A stretch of 64,000 nt of DNA, from positions 224,001-288,000 of the forward strand of contig CAVPXI010000007.1 of assembly GCA_963709585.1 (NCBI GenBank). The letters are read 5' to 3'. The DNA comes from Candidatus Dormiibacterota bacterium (GTDB taxonomy: Bacteria > Chloroflexota > Dormibacteria > Aeolococcales > Aeolococcaceae). Numbering within the stretch: the first letter of the stretch is position 1; every line of letters starts with the position of its first letter. Shown piece after piece: positions 1 through 11,637 of this stretch. The notes below the pieces were generated by a model. It was not told where the DNA came from, made no database searches, and saw only the letters and a list, made by a program, of their open reading frames with translations. The translations under genes were made by a program, and so were the position numbers.

Positions 1-419
1 GACCAGCGGACGCGGCAATGCTTGCAGCTCGAAGCCGAGGATGCGCAGCGGACACCACAGCAGAGTAGGCCAGCCCCTCTGTCGTCGCGCAAACACTCGG
101 TGGTCCATCGGTAACAGAACCGGTACGAACCGATGGTTACCCAGGTTAGATGTAGTGCCAAATTTACCGGTTTGTTTATGCCGCCGAAAGTGATCACCGG
201 ATTCGTGTTTTGCGGTTGACCGGAGGGTGAGCCGGTACCCAGAGCGCATTGGCGACTGCCTTGCACGCGTTCATTCTTTCGATCGAGTCATCGAACGCTG
301 TGGCCCCACATTGTAGGTCGAGACGATGACCGTCTCGTGAAAACAAACGCGGCGGTCGTCACGTCAGGACTTGACTGGTTGCAACCCCCAGGTGGCATCG
401 GATGGGGTCGTGAGCGCGG

Positions 420-3400
420 TTACTGGAACCAGCCGTCGACGTCGAGGGCGGCGTCGATGCTGCCCGCGGCGTTGAAGAGGTCGATGTCACCGAGATTCGC
501 GCCTGACGCCAGGCCCACCACCACCAGGTTGGGCACGGCGATGCCCGGGCGCACGTTGAGGTCCGAGGCGTTCGGCTTCGGGCTCATGCCGGCCGGATAG
601 ACCGTGAGGTAGGTCATCTGGCTCCCGCTCACCGCGGTCAGCGTGGCGATGATCGCCACCGAGCCGCTCCCCGGGATCCCGCCCACGCCGGCAACGGCCA
701 CGAGCAGGGTGCCGCCGGAGGTCAGTTGGTGCCCCGAGCACAGCGTGCCGGTTCCGCTCCGCGTGTCGCAGATCCGGGTCGGCCCGATCGCCTGATACTG
801 CGCGCCGGTCGGCGGGGTCCCTGAGCTCGAACCGAACCAACCGCCGGCATCCAGGACGACGTTGATGGTCCCGGCAGCGTTATACACGCACACATCGGTG
901 CTCGGCCCACCGCCGTGACCAGGGCCGAGCGGCACCATCACGCGATTGGCCAGGACCGCGCCGGCGGAGACATTGATGGTCGACGAGCCAGGAAAGCTGG
1001 TCAGGCAGGTGCCGTTGCTCTCGGTTGGAACGACGCTCAGCCACGTCGCTTGGCTGCCCGCCACCGCGGTCAGATTGAGCACCGCCGCTCCTGCGCTGCC
1101 ATTGGTTGGGATGCTCGCCGGCGAGCCGCTCACCCCGCTCGGGATGCCGCTCACGTTCACCCGCATGACCTGACCGGGACCCAGCCTATTGTCCGTGCTG
1201 TGCCCGAGGTTGCAGCCGTTGGCCGGCTGTCCAGCCCGGGTGTCGCAGACCCGCAGCGGCGCGATTGCGTGGAACTCCCCCGCCGGATTGCTCGACGCCT
1301 GGGGCACGAAGTACCCCTCGACATCAACCACGGCATTGAGCGTGCCCATCGCGTTGTAAATGTTGACTTCACGTTGGGCGTCGGAGACGTCGGTCTGGCC
1401 AAGCGCCACCGTGACGAGATTGGCGACGTTCACATGGGCGTTGAAGTTGAGGTTCGACGCGAGCGGACGTCCGGTACCGCTGGGGTAAACGGTGAGCAAG
1501 CTCGACGACGAGCCGTTCACCGCCAGAACGTTGAGCACCACCGCCGTCGCGTTGGTGGGGACCGACCCACCGGTGCGCGCATCGGTGTACCCGGTGACCT
1601 GGAGGCTGAGCGTCTGTCCAGTGCCGAGCGAGCCACACGTGTGGATCCCGCAGAGCCCCGAGCGCGTATCCAGGACCCGGAACGGGGTCAGCGGGATGTA
1701 GCTGCCGAGCCCGCTGTAGATGTACCCGGCGGCTGCGGTGAGCGCGCTCGCTCCCGCGACAGCGGTCACCCGAACCTGGTCGTACCCGGCGGTCTGTGCC
1801 GGCGTGGTGAAGCTGAACGAGGTGGCGGTCACCCCCGACGGGGTCACCGCAGTACCGCCGATGGTCGCGGTCATGCCGGCGACAAACCCGCTGCCCGCCA
1901 CCGTGACCACCTGGCCGCCGCTCACCGGCCCAGCCGACGGGGTCACCGCGCTGATCGTCGGCAGACGGCCGTACGTATAGTCGTCTGCCGACGTGAGCGC
2001 ACTCGCACCGATCAGGGTGGTCACCTGGACCTGGGCCGTCCCGGACGGTTCCGCCGGAGTGGTGAAAGTGAACGAGGTGGCAGAAACTCCCGAGGTCGTC
2101 ACTGCGGTGCCGCCGATGGTCGCGGTCATCCCCGCCGTAAACCCAGTCCCGCCGACCGTGACCGTCTGGTCGCCGGTCAACAGGCCTCCCGGCGGGGACA
2201 CCAAGCTGATCACCGGCAGGCTCCCGTACGTGTACTCGTCCGCCGCCGTGAGCGCGCTCGAACCGAATAGCGTTGTCACCTGGATGTCGACCTGCCCTGC
2301 GCCCTCCGCCGTGGTCGTGAAGGTGAACGACGTCGGCGTCACGGCCGCTGGCGTCACCGCGACCCCACCGACGGTCACCGTCATCCCCGCCTCAAACCCA
2401 CTCCCGGTCACGGTCACCACCTGACCGCCGCTCACCGCCAGGCGTCCGGCGTCACCGACCCCGTTGTCGGCCCGTTGCCATAGCTGTAGTCGTCCGCAGA
2501 GGTGAGAACGCTTGCCCCGTCCACGGTCGTTACCTGAAGCTGCACGAGGCCTGCCGGCGCGGCTGGAGTGGTGAAGGTGAACGAGGTGGCAGTCACGCCA
2601 GAGGGCGTGATCGCCGCACCACCGAGGGTCGCGGTCATTCCGGCTTCAAACCGAGTCCCCGCAACCGTCACCGTCTGGCCGCCACTCACGGGGCCCTCGG
2701 CGGGGGTCACCGACGCGATACCTGGCAGGTCGCCATAGGTGTAGTCGTCAGCCGCCGTGAAGCCACTCGCTCCGGCCCAGGTCGTCACCTGGACCTGGGC
2801 GATGCCTGCCGACTGTGGCGGAACTCGTGAATGTGAACGAAGTGGCAGAAACTGCCGAGGGCGTGACTGCGACGCCCCCAAGGGTCGCGGTCATCCCCGT
2901 CTCAAACGCGGTCCCCGTTACCGTGACCGCCTGGCCTCCAGCCACGGGGCCCTCCGACGGGGCAACGGAGTCGATGACCGGCGGATCACCGTAGGCGTAA
3001 GCGGACGCCGGCGTGGGCGTGCTCCTACCCTCGGAGGTTGTGACCTCCACTTGGTCGCTGCCAGCGGGCTCGGCTGGAGTCGAAAACGTAAACGATGTGG
3101 CAGAAACCCCTGAGGGTGTAATTGGGTTGCCCCCGATCGTTGCAGTCATTCCAAGTTCGAAGCCGGTTCCAGCGACCGTAACAACCTGTCCGCCACTCAC
3201 CGGGCCCTCAGCCGGGGTCAGTGAACTGATGACCGCCGGCCCGCCGCCAAATGCCGTGATCCCGTTCGGCGTGCCCAGCCCAGTCGGGCCGTCCCAGCCG
3301 ATCCCAGCGGTGCACAAGGCATTTCCTCCGCAAAACGCCCCAGACGACTGCCAGTTCGCATTTGAACCGCTCGTAACATCATTCAATCCCCCCGTGTCGC

Positions 3401-4532
3401 CATACAGGTAGGCAGCCGTCGTCGCCGACGCAGTGCCTGCCAGTGCCAATACCGAAGCGATGATCGGCGAGGCCGCACTCGTGCCGCCGTAGACCCCCCA
3501 CGCGGATGAGCCATTGCTGTCGTACACCGCCACTCCGGTGGTGGGATCGGCCACGGCCGAGACGTCAGCTACGGCTCGCATGGTGCAGCCGGTACCGCTG
3601 ATGTTGGCGTTCGCCGCCTGCCAGGCGGGCTCGTTCTCGTACGCGCTGCACCCGCTTCCGGTCGCGCCAGAGAAGTCGTTCCAGACACTCTCGCTCCACC
3701 CTCGGCTGTTGCTCGCACAACTCAGCGACGTGCCCCCAACAGCAATCACGGACGGCGACGAGGCCGGGTACAGGAGACCGTAGCCGTAGTCGCCAGCTGC
3801 CACCGTGACGGCAATGCCGGGATGAGTGAAGTAGGGGTCGTATGACGGCGCATAGGACCCCTCCGGACCGCCCCAGCTGTTGCTGATGGCAAAGACCCCC
3901 AGCGCTGCCGCCTCGTTGACCCCTAGCCCCAGATCGTACATCGAGTTACTGCTCGCCTCCACCAGCAGGATGTGGCAGTGAGGGCAGATCGCCGACACCA
4001 TGTCCACGTCGAGACTGATCTCCACCGACCAACCTGGGTCAAAGATGGGGTAGGTCGAACCGCCCGTCTCGTTTACTTTTCTGAAGCAGCCGTTGGCCGT
4101 CGTACAGGGGGGGAGCCCGAACTCAGTCCGATAGGCTGCGAGATCAGACTCCGCCCTGGGGTCGTCGTAGGCATCGACGATGGCCACAGTCTGCCCGCTG
4201 CCGGCGACGCTCGAGGGTAGATTGTAGGCACTCTGCAAGTCGGTTGGACCAAAACCACTGGGAGTCGTCCCGGTTAACGCCTGAGCTCCCTTCGCGTTCA
4301 CGACCTGGAGCGACAAGCAGCGAGCGAAACCCGCTGGCACCGAGCCGCACACCGCGTGAATGGACTCACCCCCTGCGGCGTCCGCGACGCTTGTTGTGGT
4401 CGGACCCCACGTGATCGCCGCCGACAAGAAGCTGGCGAGTAAGGAGACGCAGAGGATACGTCGGCCACGCGGTTCGCGATGGGTTCGGATGGAAAACACC
4501 TTCCTGACGTTCAGAGTTCTATCTACGTTCAC
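420..4532 (-). CDS. Secreted S53 (sedolisin-like) serine protease with six IPT/TIG domains and three C-terminal 'RxxDTR...AVVLN...DVxGYF' repeats; split into 3 ORFs by two 1-nt indels (~2822, ~2437)
   Basis: Signal-peptide-like N-terminus; S53 motifs EISLDVD, SNSWGG, AAGDYG, DVSAVAD, GGTSAASP; six 'P.I.SV.P..GP..GG..VTV.G.GF' repeats continue across ORFs 2748-4532, 2432-2881 and 420-2435. Confidence 0.85.
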
Positions 4533-5220
4533 ATCCTTGGCGATGCGTTGTGCCTAACGCCCCCACATCCGGTTACTAAAGGTGGCGAAGCGAGGTACGA
4601 ACAACCCGAGATTTGCAGCCGCTTCAGAACTCCCACCCGTGCCCGTAGAGCAGATGAGCTATTGAGCGTCGAGAAGAAGCTCTCCGCGGCGACGTCGTCC
4701 CAGCCGTTGCTCTTTCAGCCCGGCACCTTCGACGGTTGCCGTCCGAGAGGACCTCACCAATGACGGCCGGGTGATGCGCCAAGGCCGACGTCGATACCCG
4801 ATCGAGCCGACCCGCTTCAGAGGGTTGTCGCGTGAGTGTGACGAGCGCCTCTGGCAAATGCGAATGCCCTGGCGAGCTATGGCGATGTTGGGCACAAGTC
4901 ACGCACGGTCGCTCAGTGGTCACGAAAGTTCAAACGATGAGATACCTGGCACTCCAAAGGTCAGGGACGGAGAGATTCTGTGACCAGTCAGATGAAACCG
5001 AGATTGAAAGGGGACGCGCACATGGCTCCCGAACGCGCCGCCTCGACCCTGAACCCAGGAGGCGGTTTGCGGGAGTTGACCCGTTTCTTCGCGCACGTCT
5101 CGACGTTCCGAATCCACGACAAGTCGACCGCGCTGCGGGTCGTCTGAACCCGAGCGCAGCGTCATGGAGGGGAGGGTCACGCCGGGGTCGACCGCATTGA
5201 GCGGAAGTCGGGTCAGATCT

Positions 5221-8200
5221 GTGAGCGCGACGCGTCATCGCGGCACGAGGGTCGTTCGCCAGGTCGGCGCGGCTCTCACCGCCGGGGCGCTCTCGCTGTT
5301 CTCGGGCGGGATCATCGGCCACGCCCTCTCGGCCTCGACCACGACGCTGACCTCAGGCACCAATCCATCCGTCTGGGGGCAGTCGGTCCTCTTCACCGCG
5401 ACGATCACCCCGGTCGCACCGGCGCCAACTGGGACAGTCACCTTCCAGGATGGTGGGACCAACATTGCCGGCTGCGTCAGCAGGGCGATCGCGGCTCGGG
5501 TTGCCACCTGCACGACCGCCGCCCTGGCGGTCGGATCGCACAGCGTCACCGCCGTCTACAGCGGCAACCCGACTTACGCAACCAGCACCTCAGCCCCTGT
5601 CACACAGATGGTCACGGTGGGATCCACAACGACGGTCGTCGCCGCATCCGTCAATCCGTCGGTGAGCGGGCAGACAGTGACGTACACCGCCACGGTCAGC
5701 TCGGTCGCGCCCGCCTCTGGGACACGTACCGGGACCGTGGCGTTTCAGGATGGCGGCGTCGTCATCGCCAGCTGCGCTGCCAAGGCTGTGGCGGTCAACG
5801 GCACGGCCACGTGCGCAATCGCTTACACAGGACCGGGGACGCACACCATCACCGCGATTTACAGTGGTGACGCCAATTTCACCACTTCGACAGCGTCAGC
5901 CATCACCCAGACTGTCAACCTCGGCCCGACCGCGGTCGCGTTGAGTTCGTCGGCCAACCCCTCGAGCACCGGGGCGAACGTGACGTTCACGGCCAACGTC
6001 ACGGCCACGGCACCCGCCTCGGGGGCGCGGACGGGGACCGTCGACTTTCAGGTTGGCGGCGTCAACATCGCGGGCTGCAGCGCGCAGGTCGTGCCGGCCT
6101 CGGGGAAGGCCACATGCGTCACGAACACTCTGACCGTCGGCGCGAACACGATCACGGCCATCTACAGCGGTGATGCCAACTTCGCGGCGAGCACATCGGC
6201 GCCCTTCCCGCAGACGGTCAACAAGGGCGCGACCACGACCAAAGTCGTGTCGTCGCTGAATCCATCGAGCACCGGTGTCACCGTAACCTTCACCGCGACC
6301 GTCACTGCGGTCGCCCCCGCATCGGGGACGCGCACGGGCACCGTCGCGTTCGAGGATGGCGGCATCGCCATCGCCGGCTGCGCGGGTCAGGTCATCGGAG
6401 CCGCAGGTACCGCGACCTGCGCGACCAACGCGCTCGCGGCCGGCGTACACACCATCACCGCGGTCTACAGCGGCGACGGCAACTTCACCACCAGTACGTC
6501 AGCGCCGCTCACACAGACCGTGCTCAGCGCGACGACGACAACAGTCACCTCCAGTGCGAACCCGTCGTTCTTCGGTCAGAGCGTTCAGTACACCGCGAGC
6601 GTCGCCGGCGGTCCGACGGTGACCGGCACGATCACGTTCCGCGACGGTGGCGCCAACATCGCCGGTTGCGTCGCTGTGGTGATGGCCGCCGGCTCCGCGT
6701 CGTGCACCGTGTCGCCGACCGTGGCGTCGCACGCGATCACCGCGGTCTACAGCGGCGACGCAAGCAACTCTGCGAGCACCTCTGCGGCAATGACCCAGGT
6801 CGTGACCGCCGACCCGACCACCACGGTGGTTACGGCGACGGTGAACCCGACGGTATTCGGCCAGTCGGTGACCTTCACTGCAACCGTGACCGCCAACGCT
6901 CCCGGATCGGGCACACCGACCGGCAAGGTGGCATTCGACAACGGCGCAGCCGCCATTGCGGGGTGCGGTGGGGTCACGTTGGTCGCCGGTGTCGCCACCT
7001 GCACCACTAACGCGCTGACGGTGGGTGTGCACTCGGTCACCGGCCACTACAACGGCAGTGCGAACTATGTGACCGGCACATCACCCGTCCTGACGGAAAC
7101 GGTGAACCAGGGGTCGACCACGACGATCGTCGGATCGTCGCTGAACCCGTCGGTGTCCGGTCAGTCGGTGACCTACACGGCGACGGTCACAGTGGTCGCG
7201 CCCGCAGCGGGCACAGCCACCGGCACGGTCGACTTCGAGGACGATGGCGTCGCCATCGCGGGGTGCGCCGCGAAGGTATTGACTGCCGCCGGGACCGCCA
7301 CCTGTTCGTTCACGTATCCCGGAACCGGGACGCACTCGATCACGGAGATCTATTCCGGTAACCCCGATTTCGCAGGCTCGATATCGCCCACGTTGACGCA
7401 GGCCGTCAACCAGGCGTTGACGTCGACTGCTGTCGCATCGTCGGTGAACCCGTCGGTCGCCGGACAGCCACTGACCATGACCGCGTCTGTGAGTGTGATC
7501 GCCCCAGGAAACGGGACGCCAACGGGGACCGTGATGTTCCAGGATGGCGGGGTCACGATCACGGGCTGCGCCGCGCAGGCCGTATCGGCCGCGGGCACCG
7601 CCGTGTGTGCGGCGTCGTTGGCCGCCGCTGGTGGGCACCCGATCACGGCTGTGTACGGCGGCGATTCCAACTTCAGCGGCTCGACGTCGCCGATTCTCAT
7701 CGAGACGGTCACCCAGGGCGCGACCGCAACGGTGGTGACCTCGTCGGTGGATCCATCGGTATCCGGTCAGACCTTGATCTACACGGCGATTGTCACCGCA
7801 ACCGCGCCGGCTGCTGGGACCCCGACTGGAACGGTGACGTTCATGGACGGTGCCACCACCGTCAGCGGCTGCGTAGCGCAACCGATGGTCGGCGGCGTCG
7901 CGCCCTGCACCAGCATGTACGCCGGAGTGGGGGGGCATGCGATCACCGCCGTCTACAACGGTGATGGCAACTTCACGAGCTCGACGTCTCCCATCCTCAC
8001 GCAGACCGTCAACCAGGGAGCGACCTCCACCCTGGTGACCTCGTCAGCGGACCCCTCGGTGTCCGGTCAGGACGTCACCTACACCGCGACCGTCACCGCT
8101 CTCGCCCCCGCGAGCGGCACACCCTCGGGCACGGCCAGCTTCATGGACGGCGCCACCACCATCGGCGGCTGCATCGCGCAGCCGTTGATCGGCGGGGTCG

Positions 8201-10557
8201 CGACCTGCAGCGTCGCGTACCCCGGAGTCGGTAGCCACGCGATCACAGCCGTCTACAGCGGTGACCTCAATTTCGCGGGCTCAACGTCACCAATCTTCAC
8301 ACAGACCGTCACCCCCGCTTCGACGTCGACATCGCTCGCGTCCTCGGTGAATCCGTCGGTGACCGGGCAGTCAGTCACCGTCACTGCGACGGTGAGTGTG
8401 GTGGCACCAGGATCTGGAGCCCCGACCGGCACCGTTGCGTTCCTGGACGACGGCGCGACCATCGCCGGGTGCGCCACCCAGGCTGTGACCGGTGCGGGCG
8501 TCGCAACATGCGACGACGCATTCGTTGCGGCGGGCGCGGTGACCATCACCGCCGTCTACGGCGGTGACCCCGACTTCAGCACCTCGACGAGTGCTGCCCT
8601 GACTCAGACGATCAATCAGGGCGCAACCGCTACCGCGCTCACCTCGTCGGTGAACCCATCGGTATCAGGTGAGTCGGTCTCCTACGCCGCTTCCGTGAAG
8701 GCCGTTGCGCCCGCCGCCGGCACCCCCTCCGGCGCAGTCGCATTCTTCGACGGCGCCTTCGGCATCGCCGGTTGCAGCGCGCAACCACTGGTCGCCGGGA
8801 CAGCATCGTGCAACGTGATTTACGCCGGCGTCGGCACCCATGCGGTCACCGCGACCTACGGCGGTGACCCCAACTTCACCGCCTCGACATCGCCGGTTCT
8901 GGCCCAAACGGTCAATCCCGGTGCGACCTCGTCGGCGGTCACATCATCGGTGAACCCATCGGTGTCCGGCCAGGACGTCACTTACACGGCGACCGTATCC
9001 GCCGTCACGCCCGCAAGCGGGACACCGACCGGGACAGTCGAGTTCCTGGACGGCGGTGCGGGCATCACAGGTTGTGGTGCGCAGCCACTGGTCGGTGGGG
9101 TCGCGTCGTGCGATGTTGTGTACACCGAAGTCGGCAGCCACGCGATCACAGTCATCTACAGCGGCGATCCCAACTTCATCGGATCGACATCTTCCGTCGT
9201 CACGCAGACCGTCACCCCGGCTGCGACCTCGACATCGCTCGTATCCTCGGTGAACCCGTCCGTCACCGGGCAGCCGGTCACGATTACGGCGACGGTGATC
9301 GTGACCGCGCCGGGTTCCGGCACGCCGACCGGCGCCGTCTCCTTCCTGGACGGCGGTGCGACCATCGCGGGTTGCGCGGCCGACCCCGTGATCGGTACCG
9401 GCATTGCAACGTGCGCCGACGCATTCATCGCGGCGGGTGCGGATGCGATCACCGCCGTCTACAGCGGTGACCCTGACTTTCTCAGCTCGACGTCTCCCAT
9501 CCTCGCGCAGACAATCAACCAGGGCGCGACCGCGACTGTGGTCGCCTCGTCGGTGAACCCATCGGTGTCGGGTAAGTCGGTCTCGTACACCGCCGCCGTG
9601 ACTGTCGTCTCGCCCGCCGCAGGGAACCCCACCGGCACAGTCGCATTCTTCGATGGCACCGCCATCGCCGGTTGCGGCGCCCAACCACTAGTCGCCGGGA
9701 CGGCGTCGTGCAATATGAACTATGCCGGTGTCGGCACCCATGGCATCACCACCGTCTACAGCGCTGACGCCAACTTCATCAGCTCGACGTCTCCCATCCT
9801 CACGCAGACAATCAACCAGGGCGCGACAGCGACTGTGGTTGTCTCGTCGGTGGACCCCTCGGTGGCCGGCCAGGGCGTTTCCTACACCGCCACCGTGTCC
9901 GCCGTCGCACCCGCCAGCGGGACACCCACCGGGACAGTCGCGTTCCTGGATGGCACATCGACCATCGCCGGCTGCGCGACGCAAGCGCTGGTCGCCGGAA
10001 TGGCGTCGTGCACCGCGACCTATGCCAGCGCCGGCAGCCAAGCGATCGCCGACGTCTACAGCGGTGACCCCAACTTCGCGGGCTCCACCTCGGCGCCACT
10101 AGACCAGAACGTCGTGCTGGCTGACTCGGCGACCACGGTGACCTCGCCGGCCAGCACCTGGGCGGCAGGTCAAGCCGGGACGTTCAGGGCGACAGTGTCT
10201 CCGGTCTGGCCGGCACATGTCACCCCAACCGGGACCGCTGTGTTCATGGACGCCGGTGCCCCCATCCCCGGATGCGCTGCACAGCCGGTCGCCTCGGGGA
10301 CCGCATCGTGCAGTGTCGTATTCACGGGCACCGGCACGCACGCGATCACGGCGGTCTACAAGGGTGACGCGGCCCTGGCGGGCTCCACGTCGCCAACGCT
10401 AATGCTGTCCGTGTACGACGATCCGCCCACGCCGGCCACTGGAGCGAATTCCACGCCATCGGCGAACTGGGAGTATGTCGCCGTCGTCGGCGGCGCCTTC
10501 CTGGTGATCCTCGTGGGGTGTGTGCGCCTCCGGCGCAGGGAGATCGACAAGGACTGA
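5221..10557 (+). CDS. Large cell-surface protein with 17 bacterial Ig-like (group 3) repeats and a sortase-like C-terminal anchor
   Basis: 17 ~100-aa repeats (SS.NPS..GQ.V..TATV...GTV.F.DG...C...C...H.ITA.YSGD.NF..STS); N-terminal hydrophobic signal; C-terminal TPATG + TM + RLRRR. Start uncertain (5164-5221). Confidence 0.9.
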   Translation: MSATRHRGTRVVRQVGAALTAGALSLFSGGIIGHALSASTTTLTSGTNPSVWGQSVLFTATITPVAPAPTGTVTFQDGGTNIAGCVSRAIAARVATCTTAALAVGSHSVTAVYSGNPTYATSTSAPVTQMVTVGSTTTVVAASVNPSVSGQTVTYTATVSSVAPASGTRTGTVAFQDGGVVIASCAAKAVAVNGTATCAIAYTGPGTHTITAIYSGDANFTTSTASAITQTVNLGPTAVALSSSANPSSTGANVTFTANVTATAPASGARTGTVDFQVGGVNIAGCSAQVVPASGKATCVTNTLTVGANTITAIYSGDANFAASTSAPFPQTVNKGATTTKVVSSLNPSSTGVTVTFTATVTAVAPASGTRTGTVAFEDGGIAIAGCAGQVIGAAGTATCATNALAAGVHTITAVYSGDGNFTTSTSAPLTQTVLSATTTTVTSSANPSFFGQSVQYTASVAGGPTVTGTITFRDGGANIAGCVAVVMAAGSASCTVSPTVASHAITAVYSGDASNSASTSAAMTQVVTADPTTTVVTATVNPTVFGQSVTFTATVTANAPGSGTPTGKVAFDNGAAAIAGCGGVTLVAGVATCTTNALTVGVHSVTGHYNGSANYVTGTSPVLTETVNQGSTTTIVGSSLNPSVSGQSVTYTATVTVVAPAAGTATGTVDFEDDGVAIAGCAAKVLTAAGTATCSFTYPGTGTHSITEIYSGNPDFAGSISPTLTQAVNQALTSTAVASSVNPSVAGQPLTMTASVSVIAPGNGTPTGTVMFQDGGVTITGCAAQAVSAAGTAVCAASLAAAGGHPITAVYGGDSNFSGSTSPILIETVTQGATATVVTSSVDPSVSGQTLIYTAIVTATAPAAGTPTGTVTFMDGATTVSGCVAQPMVGGVAPCTSMYAGVGGHAITAVYNGDGNFTSSTSPILTQTVNQGATSTLVTSSADPSVSGQDVTYTATVTALAPASGTPSGTASFMDGATTIGGCIAQPLIGGVATCSVAYPGVGSHAITAVYSGDLNFAGSTSPIFTQTVTPASTSTSLASSVNPSVTGQSVTVTATVSVVAPGSGAPTGTVAFLDDGATIAGCATQAVTGAGVATCDDAFVAAGAVTITAVYGGDPDFSTSTSAALTQTINQGATATALTSSVNPSVSGESVSYAASVKAVAPAAGTPSGAVAFFDGAFGIAGCSAQPLVAGTASCNVIYAGVGTHAVTATYGGDPNFTASTSPVLAQTVNPGATSSAVTSSVNPSVSGQDVTYTATVSAVTPASGTPTGTVEFLDGGAGITGCGAQPLVGGVASCDVVYTEVGSHAITVIYSGDPNFIGSTSSVVTQTVTPAATSTSLVSSVNPSVTGQPVTITATVIVTAPGSGTPTGAVSFLDGGATIAGCAADPVIGTGIATCADAFIAAGADAITAVYSGDPDFLSSTSPILAQTINQGATATVVASSVNPSVSGKSVSYTAAVTVVSPAAGNPTGTVAFFDGTAIAGCGAQPLVAGTASCNMNYAGVGTHGITTVYSADANFISSTSPILTQTINQGATATVVVSSVDPSVAGQGVSYTATVSAVAPASGTPTGTVAFLDGTSTIAGCATQALVAGMASCTATYASAGSQAIADVYSGDPNFAGSTSAPLDQNVVLADSATTVTSPASTWAAGQAGTFRATVSPVWPAHVTPTGTAVFMDAGAPIPGCAAQPVASGTASCSVVFTGTGTHAITAVYKGDAALAGSTSPTLMLSVYDDPPTPATGANSTPSANWEYVAVVGGAFLVILVGCVRLRRREIDKD

Positions 10558-10695
10558 GCCTGCGCGAACGCTCGCGAACGGCCGGAGGGCATCGGCGCGA
10601 GGATAACTCTCGTTACACCCTCGCCACAAGCGCTGCAACGCGGCACTTAGCATGGTTCCACACCGACAGTCCGCTCGATCACGTAGGTCAAGAGA

Positions 10696-11637
10696 ATGCT
10701 GAGGTGGCGAACGGGAACGGTCGAGCAGCACCCCACTGCCGGCCGGGACGGCGCCAGGACGGACGACGACGTCTCTCGGCGCCCGGAGACCGCGCTGGGC
10801 AATCAACCCTGCTCCGCCCTCCGCTGCTCGTCGTTGGTGGGCATGCCGTGTGGCTACTTCGACCGGCGTGGACGTCGTTGTAAGACGGCATGGTGCCCGG
10901 CCGACCGCACGGTTGTGGAGGGAAAGATATATTGCGCGCTCCATGCCCATGCGATGCAGGCACTCGAATGGGAGTTCGGCGCCGCATCGCACCCGGACAT
11001 CGACAGCCGTACCGTGCCAATCCTGCAGTGGATCTCGTCAGCGGCGGCAGACGAGGTCATTGCAACCCTAAACGTCTTCTGCGCCCTGAACGGCGAGATG
11101 CTCGTCGCGGAACCGGTGCGCCGGAGGTTCAACCCGGTCGACCACAGTCGCGTCTGGGAAAAGCAGTGGAAGACGCTGTCACCGACGAGCGTCACCATCC
11201 GGGTGTCCATCAGCTCCGACGAAGCCCGCCCCACAGAGATTCACATTACCGTGAACGGACACGACGTGAACGTCGTGCCACCACCATTCAACCGTGAGCT
11301 CAGCACTCCGACAGCAGCCGACATACGGTGGCTCGACCAGGAGGTGCTCGCGCCCATCAGTGCGGCTGTCGCGCGCTGGATGGCGCAGGTGGCTGCGAGC
11401 AAGGACCTCGGCTACATCCCGGTCGGCGGCGGCATCGACGATGCCGATGCGCTACTCGTGGCGCGGCCGGTCGGCGGCGCCGAAATAGTCACGGCGTCAG
11501 CATCGAGGAACAGTGTCGACGACGCGGCGCTCGATGACGTGCTCAGAGCTCACTTCCTCTATGGGCTCGAGGAGATCCAGGCCATCGCCGCTCTATCGCC
11601 AGCTACTGCGCCTGCACCGGCTCGAAGCGCGCTGTGA
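10696..11637 (+). CDS. Hypothetical protein with N-terminal Cys/His cluster (possible zinc finger)
   Basis: 313-aa ORF; CSALRC...C...RRCKTAWC...YCALH; 3' end overlaps the convergent tnaA. Confidence 0.6.
   Translation: MLRWRTGTVEQHPTAGRDGARTDDDVSRRPETALGNQPCSALRCSSLVGMPCGYFDRRGRRCKTAWCPADRTVVEGKIYCALHAHAMQALEWEFGAASHPDIDSRTVPILQWISSAAADEVIATLNVFCALNGEMLVAEPVRRRFNPVDHSRVWEKQWKTLSPTSVTIRVSISSDEARPTEIHITVNGHDVNVVPPPFNRELSTPTAADIRWLDQEVLAPISAAVARWMAQVAASKDLGYIPVGGGIDDADALLVARPVGGAEIVTASASRNSVDDAALDDVLRAHFLYGLEEIQAIAALSPATAPAPARSAL

Noticed and set aside
105-240. Inverted repeat CCATCGGT/ACCGATGG and recurring ACCGG in the AT-richer left edge
   Set aside because: Probably a promoter region for a gene outside the window; no function can be assigned
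915-2270. Long antisense ORFs (also 15659-16840, 16833-18152, 37490-38722)
   Set aside because: High-GC shadow ORFs opposite well-supported genes
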